DNA of 64,000 nt, taken from assembly GCA_000708835.1 (NCBI GenBank), contig DF237062.1, positions 128,095 through 192,094 of the forward strand, written 5' to 3'. Shown here piece by piece: positions 1 to 11,755 of the stretch (its first letter is position 1; each line of letters begins with the position of its first letter). The position numbers and the translations under genes are program-made. Origin of the DNA: Klebsormidium nitens. Taxonomy: Eukaryota; Plantae; Klebsormidiophyceae. The notes beneath the pieces were generated by a model, which worked only from the letters and a program-made list of their open reading frames with translations, was not told the origin of the DNA and did no database searches.

Positions 1-228
1 GAGGCTAATACTGCAGACTGGGATTGTTATGTGAAGATCGGATGGCTGCGACGCGATTTCGGCCATCTTTAGCTTCTGCGGTCCGCCTGGAAAGGGTTCC
101 CAGTTCGAAAGCGGGCTCAAAAGTCCTCTTGGCTGTCGCCCATCTCATCCAACTGAGCTTTCCCGGCTGCTTGAGACCTGCTTGCTCAAGATAGTCGCAC
201 CTCTACTAACCTTCTGCTCGCTCCGCAG

Positions 229-1758
229 GCGTTCGCCTTTTCTGTGGAGAACCGGATAGCGCTGGCGGGCTTCTCCGGCGACCGCTGCGTGACGCTGTTC
301 GAGCATCCGCTGATCGACAAGCTGCACACCACGTACTACGAGCCGAAGGTGAGCATCCAGAGCTTGGAATGTTCCAAGCAAGTTTGAGAGATTGTGGGCA
401 GAAAACAGAAGGACGTCCGAAAACGGTAACTTCGCACGGTTGGCCAGCTGTGTAATCTGGTCGTCGGACCACTACTTCTGGCCCTGTTTCGCTGTGACCA
501 AGGACTGTCAATAGATCGAAGTTTTTGACGATTGGGGGTTCACCTTTTACAATTTACGGATGATGCTCTTGAATCGAGGGCCCTATGAGACCGCTTTGCG
601 GCTGCGACATCCTCGCAAACCTAGCTCCAATCAGCACGCGAAGACCTCCTTGTAGTGCAGATCTGCGAGTAGAACCTTGCAAAGTCGGTCAACTAATCGT
701 GCTCCTCGCCTTGTCAATCCACAAGTTACCCAAACCGTACCTATTCGCTCAGCGCGAGTTCCTCCCGTCCAAACTGATCCTCGATATCACAACCCGTGCA
801 AAGCTACTTAACTACCGTGCTTTTCGGGTTTCTCAAGAATTCACGAAACCGTAACATTGCGCCCAGGCCGAGATCTTCCCGTCCGTCGACGCCCTCCTCG
901 CGTCCGCCCCGATCAACAAGCTCCTGTTCTACGACACGCCCGCAACCATCCATCCGATGCGGTCCCTCTGGGAAGAGCGCGTTTTCGGCAAAGCGAACAT
1001 CACGCAAGCCGTCCCCGAGATGCTGGAGATCCTGCCGTTTGGCGCGTCCAAGGGTGACGGCGTGCGGCGCCTGATGGCCCACCTAGAGGTTTCGCGGGAC
1101 CAGGTGAGATAGTGCTGAGCTTGCGAAGCTTTAGCTTTCCCTTCGAATTTGTTTGTGGTGCTGCGCTTAGTAAAGGCGGAACGGAAATGGATGTACAGAG
1201 CCTGTCCCCGTCACGCGCTCCTTGTGCAGGCTGTTCTCGTGCCGGACTTTGGCAATGGGGAACTCGTTGCCTCAGGCGGATCAACCAGCGGAGTCCTAGG
1301 CGGATTGCACACTTGGGATCATGCTCCAGTTCGGGAAAGCGTCAGAGCGCCGGTTTTGTTGTTGCTGTTTTGCTTCTTTCCTTCCTCATCGGCTCGCGAG
1401 ATTCCTTGCGAGATTTCTTCGGCCCACTTGGTCTTGCTGAAGCCCCTGCCTAGGATCGGTCCAACAAGCTGGGGCAGTATGGATGACGTCACTGTTCTGG
1501 GGGGCAACTGATTTTCAGGAACAGAGGAAACAAACAACAATCTCTCTTAACTACGAGTCCGAAGTACCCTCTTCTTTGTCACAGGTGATGGCCGTAGGCG
1601 ACGGCGAGAACGATTTGGAGATGCTCCAGATCGCGGGGCTCGGCGTGGCAATGGCCAACGGCGCGCCCGTGACGCTGGAGGCCGCGCACGCCCACGTGGG
1701 CAGCAACGACGAGGATGGCGTCGCGGAGGCGATCGAGCGGTTCATTCTGTCGCAATGA
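229..1758 (+). CDS. Cof-type HAD-IIB hydrolase, last three exons (5' end lies outside the window); resembles the C-terminal HAD domain of plant plastid YbeY-HAD proteins
   Basis: Exons 229-348, 867-1103 and 1585-1758 are all phase 0 with AG/GT ends. Translation: AFAFSVENRIALAGFSGDRCVTLFEHPLIDKLHTTYYEPK|AEIFPSVDALL...MLEILPFGASKGDGV...|VMAVGDGENDLEML...GVAMANG...SNDEDGVAEAIERFIL*. This contains HAD motifs III/IV (SKG, GDGEND). Confidence 0.9.
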
Positions 1759-3142
1759 CAGCAGCTGCATTCGTCCTTGCGTTCACAATGTTGTCTCATA
1801 ATTGTATCTGCAGCGATGATGGTGCATCTTATTGCCGGTGCTGCGATAGGTTTGCGAACGGTGTATGTCGCAACATCCGGAAACGTCAAGGCATGCAGAA
1901 GAAAGTAAAGTTATACCGAGAGATAGAAGAAGGCAGAGCTTCCAGCAGTGAGTGTAAGTACGCACGTTGATCAGATCCTATATGGTACACGGGTCTCGGC
2001 ATTGGCTGGATAAACTTAGGTGAAAAGGCGTAATGCGAGGATGGAGGCGTTTGCCAAGGTTTCTGAAATCTGCATCAGACTCAACGCTTTTGATTACGAA
2101 GAATTATGCAAACGTCATCACGTTATAGAACGGACATGCGGGCACCTGATCAGTCCGTGCACGCCGCGGCCGCGATAGATCACGATCTTGGATTTCAAGG
2201 GGAATAGTCTCGAAGATTTTGTTTCCCGGGTCTCCGGGTATGCATGTCGTAGCTTTCAAACTGCGGGCCGGCGAGGACTCATGCATAGAATAGACTTCAC
2301 GCATGACAATTATTCCGACATGTCGGCCCGTATATATACCTCAGTATAACTGCTATGACGCAATTTCCGGAATTCTTTGTGCGCCCTGGACGTTTGCAGC
2401 TGCATCCATGACTTCATCATGAAAGGCCTTCACCACGACATGCCCATGCAGCCGGATTAGCTTCCTGCGGAAAGAGCTCAATCTGCTTTTCCAAACAATG
2501 ATTTTCGATATTGTTGTGCAGGGCTTGACGAAGGTCTTACGGACAGCATTCAACATCCCGTAGTGCCTGAATCATGAAGAGATGAGACATAAATCTCGTA
2601 TGCACACCCGGCGAGTAACGTTCGTGACAACAAGTCTTGCAAAAGAAGTCCTCTATCATGGTACTATGCAGATATCCTAGCTTACATTTATTTGGTAACC
2701 TGGTTTTTAAGACTATAGCCGGAGATTTCACCCCAAACTCGGTGACTACTGCTCAATCCCACACACAACGATTCATGCTGCGATCATTCAATTTAAGGAG
2801 GCGCGGACGCACTTTGTGTTGGCCCATCCGGGCCGGCCCGGTAACTATACGTTTTTGATCTCGTTCGACTAACTACCGAGGCACAAGCTTGAGTGCGCTT
2901 GGTGCTTTTGAGGTTTGACGCACAGCACGTCGGAAAGATGCAGCCTCGACAGCTTGATCTCGCTCCGATTGAGACTTTCAATCCCTCATCTCCCACTCCA
3001 TGCAGAAAGACAAGTGCATTTCTAAAAGCGCGGCCCTTCGCCGAAATCCGACACCCGTAGCCCGTTTCCAGTCCCTTGAGATCACCAGAATCCTTTCTTT
3101 CCGCGCATTTGATGCTGAGCCGCGCCGCGATTATGTCATTTC

Positions 3143-6100
3143 TCAGGGACCTCCCTCCGCACCTGGCAGAACCACCCAGTCGCTATCGATTCTCGTCGCT
3201 TCCTTATCCTCCCGACGCATCTGTTCGGCTTCCTTGGCCGCGTCTTCGGGAAATACCCTTTCAAAGTCGTCGTTTCTAAATCCCGTCACGTCAGCTGCTC
3301 CCATCTCCGCAACGCCACGTGGCATAATCTCTTCGTGTCCCGGCCCCTCAGCGCCAAAAGTACCAGTCGGGGGTTCCTCCATATCCTCGTCGCCTTCTGC
3401 CACGGCCGCGCTCGCGCTCCCGGTCAACACCGCCGCCGCGGCCGCGTTTTCTGCCAAACCCCTCGCCACGCCCGGGTCCTCTCCCAAACCCTCTGTCGCG
3501 GCCGCGCCGATAGAGCCGCCTACTTCAGGCTGCTGATTCTGCAAAAAGCCCTCTCCGTCTTCCGTTTCCGGGTCCGTTTCCGTTTCTATTTCCGCTCTGC
3601 GAAGCGCAACTCGCAGGCTCGTTTCTCCCGTCGTTCCCGTCTTCTGCGACTCCTCGGGTTTGCCGCTTTGAGTCTTGTCCATCGGAGGCGTGGCCGCGGC
3701 GCGCAGGGCGACCGCCCGAGGTTTGAACTCATGCCTGTTCTCAAGAGAGGGAGATAACGCATAAGCTTTTACAGTATAACTGCAAGATGTTGTGACGGCT
3801 ATATCGAGGCGAGGGTGCAAATAGGAGTCCGGCGAGTAAAATACCCCGACTCCATACGACTCTGCCATCGTGACGAGGCGACTCCGTATAACCAGCTGTT
3901 GCAACATGAGGTTTGTTTAAATGATTGCTTGAGCATAGGAACCTGGCCGCTGTTAATATTGAAAGTGCGACCAATATCCGGTCTCCCAAAAAGCGAGGGG
4001 ATGCAGGCAGCTGATCAGCACTCACAAAACAACGTTTCCGAGAAAAAATCCGACAGTACACAGCAAAAACTGCAAGTCGATCATGCATCAAACGCGTTCG
4101 CTTGAAAGACGCAAATTGGGCCGTTTGGGGTTTTGATATCCAGATTCCGAACAAGGTATCGCGCGCTGCCGGGAAGCGGTGCGGACAACGTCTGGCTGAG
4201 CCGATCGTAGGCAGACGTTGTACCGGGTCACAGCTCGTACCTCTGCGGCGCGCTTGGCCGCGCGAGGGGGCGACCGGTGGAGCACCCCGCCTGGTGCTCG
4301 AACCGTTCTTGCACCGACGGAAAAGCAGAGCCGCACTTTTCGCACCCTGGCTTCCCGGGCCAGCAAACCGACTCCCCGTGCTGCCTCGCCTCACCCAGCG
4401 TGTCGAACTCCTTGAAGCACCGGTCGCAGCTGCGGGGAAGCCGAGTTTACCGGTCATTCTTGGATCTCAAGCTGGCAATTCACGATGGTTGGCGTCACGA
4501 TATAAAGTTTCTGGAGTTTCGATGTCAGCAAACAGAGCGCCGCTCAACCCCAAATTGAAACTGGGTTTTGGACCAGCTTAGATGCTTCGGAGGGGCAGGT
4601 TTTGTTACCACTCTCTCTGACCATTAATCTATATTACCTGTGAAGTCGACCGGCGAATGCCATATGTGCTGTACAGGATAAACGCCTTCTTCCATGCGCC
4701 GCTCAAATTCAAGATAGTTCTACAAAAGTCGATCCTGCTCTCACCGGTAGTGGCCTCGGGGCGGCCCGCACGCGCCCGCCATCCCGTTCAGGACCGCGCA
4801 CTGCGCCTGGTGAGCGTCGCGCACCGCGGCCGCGGCGAAGCGCTCGCCGCACTTCCAGCAGACGAACGCCACGGCGCACGCGCGCAGGTGCGCGAGCAGC
4901 GGCGTGAGCGCGCAGAGGTCAAGGTCGCAGTTGGGGCACTGCGTGAGGCGTCGCGCGCGCGCGCCCGGGGGACTGTCCCGGGCGCCCGCGCTCTCCAGGC
5001 AGGTGTCCCGCATGTGGGCGATGAGTTCCGTTCCGGTGGAGAAGTCCAGGGAACAAACCGGGCACCGGAAGCCGGTTGAGCAGCCTCCGAGGGGGTTGGC
5101 CTGGAGAACGGGGCGAGGCCAGGGAGCGAGCGGCGGACCGAGAACGAAGTGGGAGCCGTCTTTTTCTTCCGCTTCATTTGCAGGGGTGTTTGATTCGCTG
5201 TTGCCTGCGGTGGCCTTTGGCTTGCTGCTGCCTGCACTTGCGTTTGCTTTGCTGCTGCTCGGCCCAGCGGCCACACCGGTGCTGCCACTTGGCGGCAGCC
5301 CACAGGCCCCCGCGTGCGTCTCCAGGTCAGCCAGCCGCGAGAACTTCTTCTCGCAGATTGGGCACTCCCTTCCGTCCTCGAAGCCCCACGCGGCCGCTTC
5401 GGCGGCCGGATCCCCGCAGATTGCCACGTGGACGCCCGCCTGGCCCTCGTCGGTGAAGGTCGCCGAGCAGAGCGGGCAGGTGTAAATCGGCTCCGCTGCG
5501 CGCGCGGGCTCGTTGTCCAGGCCGCACCCGTCCACGTGGCGCTCGAGCGCGCGCGCGCTCTCGAAGCGCGCTTCGCACATCGGGCAGCCGAATTCTGTCG
5601 GCTCCGCGGCCGCCTCGGGCTCCTCCGCGGCCGCGTCCTCGTCCATGGATTCCGTTTCCGCCGCATCGGGGTCGTTGACCGGAACGGCGACCAGCACGAC
5701 CGACGACGCGTCCACGACGCGCGCGCGCGTGTGCAAGGGCGTCGCCGCCTTGTCGCCCACCTTCTTTTTCCTTTTCTCCAGCCGGCGCTTCTTCTCCTGG
5801 GGGGTGTACTCCTCCGCCGGATCTTCCCCCTCCTCGCAATCATCCTCGGGCACGTGGCCTTCCACGCGGATCTTAAACCGGAACGTCTGCACGCGCTCGC
5901 AGTCCCCCGCGCAGCTGAACGTTTGGCAGTGGGGGGTATCGGAGAAGGCGCAGTTGAGCGGTTCGGGCCGCCCCGTTGCGTACAGATTGATCCAGTCGAG
6001 TCTGTACCGGAGAATGGGCGTGACGAGGTCGTTACCCCCCCGCGCGAGAGCTTCTTGCATGACGTTGGCAATCCCGCTCGAGCGAATGACCCACGCGAGA

Positions 6101-9100
6101 GAAGTGGGCGTTGGAGGCGGCACGTGCCAGTAAGGTTGCTCGGGCTCGGGCAGGGTCGAATATTCCTCGGTCACGTCAGCCAGCCTGATTGAGAGATGAG
6201 GGAAGAAAAGATCTAAACAAATTTGAAATCACAACCTAAGTTGCGGATTGTTCCATCCAAGAATTCTAAGTTTGTCAACGACCTCTTTAACATCGAAAAG
6301 AACGGAGGCTTTTGATGCAATGCTCGGTGTGTGATTTTGGTTGCAGACGAAGCTAGGAAGCCTGAAAGTCGAGAAGAAACCTAGGGCCTGGCAGCACAAG
6401 TCAGGCCCCCATTAACGGATATATCTGCCGCTGATGCTCAATCCTTAAGGTGCAGACCAGGTGACAAATCGAAACCACAAGGGATTTCAAAAGCCAACAC
6501 ATGACAGGATGAAAACCCTTCAAAATGCAAGGATGAATATTTGAGAACTGGGTTGCTACCCGAACGAAATTGCACTTGCAGAGCTCTGAGGCACAGACAA
6601 AAGGAACGAATAAAAGAAAACTTAAGCTTTCAAAGTGCTAGAGTGCCAGAGCCCTGGAAAGTCGATGAAAAACAAGGAACGAAGTTAGTGACGTCACCAT
6701 TGAATCAGCCGCGAAAGCATTCTCATCAACACGTGATTAGGAAAGCCGACATCTACTCACTTTGCGAACGCAATGAGAATGTTTGTGAGCGACGATGGGT
6801 CCAGTTCATCCTGCGTGGCCTGCAGTGGAAAGTCGAGCCGCGGCCGCGGCTGGAGCCTTCTTGCGTACTCGACCAGGTATGGCAGGAGGCCTTGCTCGAC
6901 CAGCGGCTGTATCAAAAACACGACACGACCCAGTTGGACGCCGTCCCTGATGCGGTCGTGCGCGAACGAAGAAGAAGCTATTTGAGGCTCGTTTCTCAGC
7001 GCCAGAGACTGACTAAAGAGGGGTAAAATGGATCTGGATCGACGACTTCTGAGCGAGAAGAGCACCACAAAAAAGGCTAGACGAAAAGCCATCTCTGAGC
7101 TCTATAATTCACAATCTCATCCAGCAGAGTAAGAAGTTACGAGGAAGCTTTGAAGTTGCGGAAGACGTTGCACCAAAGTCAGGACTTCCAGTTGGAAAAG
7201 CTGAACCGAGCAGAAACGTACGCGCGCACCTTGACGAGGTTCTTGTCCGCCAGGATGCACGCGCACAGCACGCCGGCGGCGAACGCGTCGCTCTGCTTCG
7301 CGCGCTCGATGAGCGCGCGCAGGTCCGCGAACAGCTGCTCCATGGGCGCGTGCGCGCGCTGTTCGGTGCTGAGGCCGCCTTGGAGCGGCGCAATGAGCCG
7401 CAGTATGAGCAGGCAAATGATGTGGACGAGCCGGCCTGCACCGGGGAACGTAACGGTCGAGTGGTCAGAGGGACGAGCGTTAAGCAAGAGGACGTAGTGG
7501 GGAATATGGCGCTGATGCGGCCGTCGAGGGGCGCGCAGAGACACCAGACGGGTGGAATGGGAAGAGCTAGATTCGGCGAAGGAGGGGTAAGGCGACTAGC
7601 GTTTCGCGATGCAGAAGTGGTTTGAGGGGTCTCAGGGGAGAACAATTTACCATGGAAAGGGCTGGCCGCTGAAGTGACAGGCCAGTCAGCAGATTCATCT
7701 GGGAAACTTTCATGGCGTTTGTCAACTGATAGCATCAAGCTGCAAGCAAGAAAACAACGAAACTCTCGCCTTGCCGTCTCTTTGGGGGCCGCACATTAGA
7801 GGACGGCAGGCCGGTAGGGGAAAGGTCGACGAACGAACAAAGAATCTGAAGTGCAAGCGTTTTGAAACTGAATCAACTGACTGATTGTCCATTTGAGAAC
7901 CCTTCAGGAGCCGGTTTCGGGTCGTTTGACTCGAGCAGACGAGCAGCAGCACTCTCATAAGCTTGCAAAGATGCGCGTTGCACAGTAAGATGCGCAAAGC
8001 TGGCACACGCCCGCGCGCGCGCTCACCCGCGTACTCCGGAGGCGCGCGCTGGGTCAGCTTGCGGACCAGCTCAAAACCGTCGGCGTCCAGAAACTCGCCC
8101 ACCGCATTTCCCCAGCCGCACCCCCCCTTGACCACGAGAACTTGTTCCAATCGCGAAAGGAGCAGGTAGTAAAAGTCGAAGCCCCCCAGGTTTGTTCTGG
8201 TCAGGAGGAGGCCGCACTGGACGAGCCGGCTGATTTTGGCCTTCATTTTGGCGAGCGTGTCTTGCTGTGTCGCGGGATCGTGGATGCGGATGTAGTCCGG
8301 CGGAAGTTCGGCGAAGGAGATGATTACGGGGGAGAGGGGGACGCAGACCTCCTTGCCTGTCATAGTACGAGATGGGGTTGTCGGGAGAAGCTAAACGAGA
8401 AAGCAACGAAAGAACGGAACTTAAGGTTCAAATGAGTCGCTCACGAATTGGCGCAGACATTCGTGGGTGTGGTCCTGCGTCGACAGGGGATACGGACCTC
8501 CTTGCCTGTGACACGAACAGATGGCGGGGTCGCGAGAAGTTGGACAAAAACAGACGGAGGGACGGAGTTTCGAAGGTCTAGAGTGAGTGGCTGTCCGGTT
8601 TGGCTGCTTGAACAGCTTAGTTAGCTGAAGAAGATTCATAGAAGTTTAGCTTCGGTCCTTCCTGCAAAAGACGCAGGAAAGACTGAGTTCAGATGCACAT
8701 CAAGAGACGAACAAAGACATGAGCGGGGAGGAAGTTTGTCAGAGACGGAAATTAGTATATCAAGATCTTGCGGGCTTATCGAAGCCCTGGTGAAGCGAGA
8801 GAGAGCAAACCAACATGCCGGAACCCCGAAGTCGCTTGACCGGGCCGGGTGCTGATGTAAATATGAGCAGTACAAATGAAAACGCGCCTACCTTGACGTT
8901 GCAATTGTTAAAAGCATTTGCTGTCGGACAAAGCGAGCCCAGGACCGCTTTCAGCCTGGAGACTTGGGTCACCTGATCTTCGAACCACCGACTTCAGCAG
9001 CGGCCTAAGTTACCGTCTCAAACGTCTCGCAATGTTGAGAAGATGGAGTTTAGCTTTCTCTTTGAAGAATCAGATCCCAAGTTCACCTTTGGGTGCGGCC

Positions 9101-9372
9101 GCAGCCAGGTGCGCCCCCGGCAGGATGTTCGCCATCGCTAGTTGCATCTCGCGGTGCAGCTGCTCGCGCGTGCTGACGTCATCGCACATGGCCGACCCCT
9201 GCGCGAGCACCGTCAGCACCTCGAGGTCATTGGCGGCCGCCTCGTCGCGGTCGCTTCGCACGCGCGCCTTGGCCTCTTTGACCTTGGCTTCCGAGTTGTC
9301 GTCCATTTTCCGCCCAACCTCCTCCATCTTCTTTACAAAACCTTCTGCCATTCCGTTGGAGAATCTCATCAT
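3143..9372 (-). CDS. Uncharacterised ~980-aa protein with six CCHC zinc fingers, a basic NLS-like stretch and an acidic C-terminus
   Basis: Phase-consistent exons 9372-9087, 8356-8027, 7378-7230, 6906-6761, 6184-4745 and 3734-3143 total 2943 nt in one open frame. Six C-x2-C-x12-H-x3/4-C motifs lie in exon 5, with EKKRRLEKRKKK nearby. An in-frame acceptor at 9420 suggests the N-terminus may extend upstream. Confidence 0.75.
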
Positions 9373-11755
9373 TGAGAGGGTTCTTTGCGAATGCCGGGGG
9401 ATTTTGAAGCGCTTGTCGTACTGCAAGGAAAACGATGTTGCAAATGAGTCAGAGGGTAAAGGGGGGAAGACGTCTTCCTTCCCTAGGGTGTAAAAATGGA
9501 TCTTTCTTGATATGACAGATATACATTTTTACACCCTAGCAGGCCGCGTCAAAGGGTTTTACATGTCTGAGCTTCTTCAATCCAGGACTGCTTGCATGGC
9601 TTTCTGCATATGGCAGCAATGGTTGTAAATGCCTTTGCTTATGGGCAGTATTAGTGCTCTCAGATCACTCAAGAAAGCTAGGATCTTGAGAACTGAGCAT
9701 TGAGTGTTTATTCAACATGGCCGGGTACCATAACAGCTTGAAAAGAGGGCTAGAAAAGTACTCAGCATGCATAGTTCCAAACCCAATTCCTGATGTCTCA
9801 CCACGGGTGGCAATCTGTAAAGAGAGGCAACTTTGGCGTATGTTCTGGTTGACCTAAATCAATAGCGAATTCAACCCGAAGATCCCTGAGATACGACATA
9901 TTCACCGGTTATGTGAATCGCTTTTCAATAAAAGGAGCAGGGTTTGGTAGTGAAGAAGCAGGCTCCAGCAGCAGTGGTGGATTTGTCAACACTGCTGATT
10001 GCTTCTATGGTTATGAGAACAAAGCTTAACTGAAACTTAGATGATCCTCATTATTTGGAACGATGTGCAAGAACATATATCGAACCAGGTCTTGGACTAA
10101 ATACCTACATAAGCAGGCAAATGAGTTCGACTGCAAAAGAGGAACCAGGAAGGAGACAAGACAATCTAAGCTGGAAGAGGGAGTGCTTAACTCCAGTCTA
10201 ATCCCTCAAAGTAACAGATGCTACTGTGGTGCTGCTTTCAATCCTCCTGGCCAAATACAAAAGCAGCTGCTATTTTTCACCAGAGAGATGTGGAACAAAG
10301 CTCTCTGCTTATACAGACTTTTCTTGAACAAAGCCTACAGGGGTCCTTGTCAGAAGATAGTGGGGAGGACTCCGTCAATGTATCAAAATGTGTTCAGAAA
10401 GGCCGCCAGTGAGTGTACTGCCATGGTGCCAAGGTGTCCAGTAGCCCATATAAACTGCTTTTGATCACATAGTTTGACGGAATAATATATGATCCTGCTA
10501 GTGCCCCTTTAGTACAGCGTGGTCAAGGAACACACTTGGCTTGAAGTCGCAGCATATTGGCAAGACCCTTTGACAGCCGCTTACCTTCACACTTCACGCA
10601 AACATGGCCAACCCCAGAAGCACCAGGGTACTGTTAGAGTCTGTCTGTATCTCCTCGCTGATTGGGACCGGCAGCGCCAACCTGATCATCTGTGAGCCCG
10701 ATGTTCATTCTGCAACAACCCGCTCAATTCACGCGCCATCATTTTTCAGGAGCGACTCACTGGTGACATAACCAGCGGTCGATGTCTGCAACATTGAGCA
10801 GCCGCCATCCTTCTGTTTGTGCTTTCTATTGTTCTCAGTGTCCAGTCTGAGTACTAATAGTAATGGGGGACTTCTCATATGAATGCTGTCTCGCAACCAG
10901 GCGCGGCGTCGCCGCGGCCGCGCGCCAAACGCAGACGGTGTCAGGGTTTCCGGGGACACGTGGTTACGTACCCGCCGGTCGTCGATCGCGTTCCACGACG
11001 CCTCGCCTACCGTCGATTAATCTGGCTCACTGGTTCCTGCGGTTGCTCAATCATTGCACAATGCGCATGCGCTAGTCCGACTGCGTTTGCGACCCGACTG
11101 GGTGTGCGTGGCGGCCGCATGCATGGAGCATTGAAGGTTCCCTTGTGCATCAAACTTTTATCTCAGGTCTGAAAGAAAAGCGCAAGGCTGTTGTGCCTTT
11201 CCTAATAAACATGGTGGTGAAAGGACGTCGTTCCCTGAAGCTCTGATGCAGGCGTTGTTGTTGATATTGTAATCGGTAGGCAGAGTAGAAGAACAGAAGG
11301 TTGAGGAGTCAGCCACCAATCTGATATTACATACCAGTGGTAGCTGCAGGGATAGGCCAGGTGCTATCTTTCTCAGGCACCTCAGTCAGGAGTGCACAGA
11401 AGTGAGAGGTGGCAGCGCACGTGTCCCCAGCTGGACTGTAGAGGGGATGTGCCTCTGAGGCAGTGCAGGGTTTTTACATCTGGTATAATGTGCTGTGGCA
11501 ATCCAGCTCTTGCAGAATACAGATACTAGATTAGCCCTGGCACTTTACCTATGAGCACGCTTGTTGAATATTGTAAATCAGCTCACATTGGTCCCCGCCA
11601 TACCATGCGGATTGGTTTATAACCATTTAGCTTGAGAAGCTGCTTGTATAGGCTCAAACCCTAAGTAGAGTGCCTACTGCTGTGTAGATATGGATGTCCT
11701 TCTGCTAACGCACGCCTTCTCCTGTTCAAGCACAGAGCTAGAGGCTGATCTGCGG

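Noticed and set aside
2353-2556. 67-aa minus-strand ORF with protein-like composition
   Set aside because: Short and isolated, with no motif or convincing splice partners.
4788-6192. Long ORFs 4788-6071 (-), 5314-6192 (+), 4904-5485 (+) and 5513-6133 (+)
   Set aside because: These are shadow frames of the GC-rich zinc-finger exon, Arg/Ala/Pro-rich with no motifs.
10390-10810. Possible small spliced gene on the minus strand (MAAAQCCRHRPLVMSP|YPGASGVGHVCVKCE|VYMGYW...)
   Set aside because: It can be joined in phase but has no recognisable motif. It may equally be 5'UTR or upstream exons of the zinc-finger gene.
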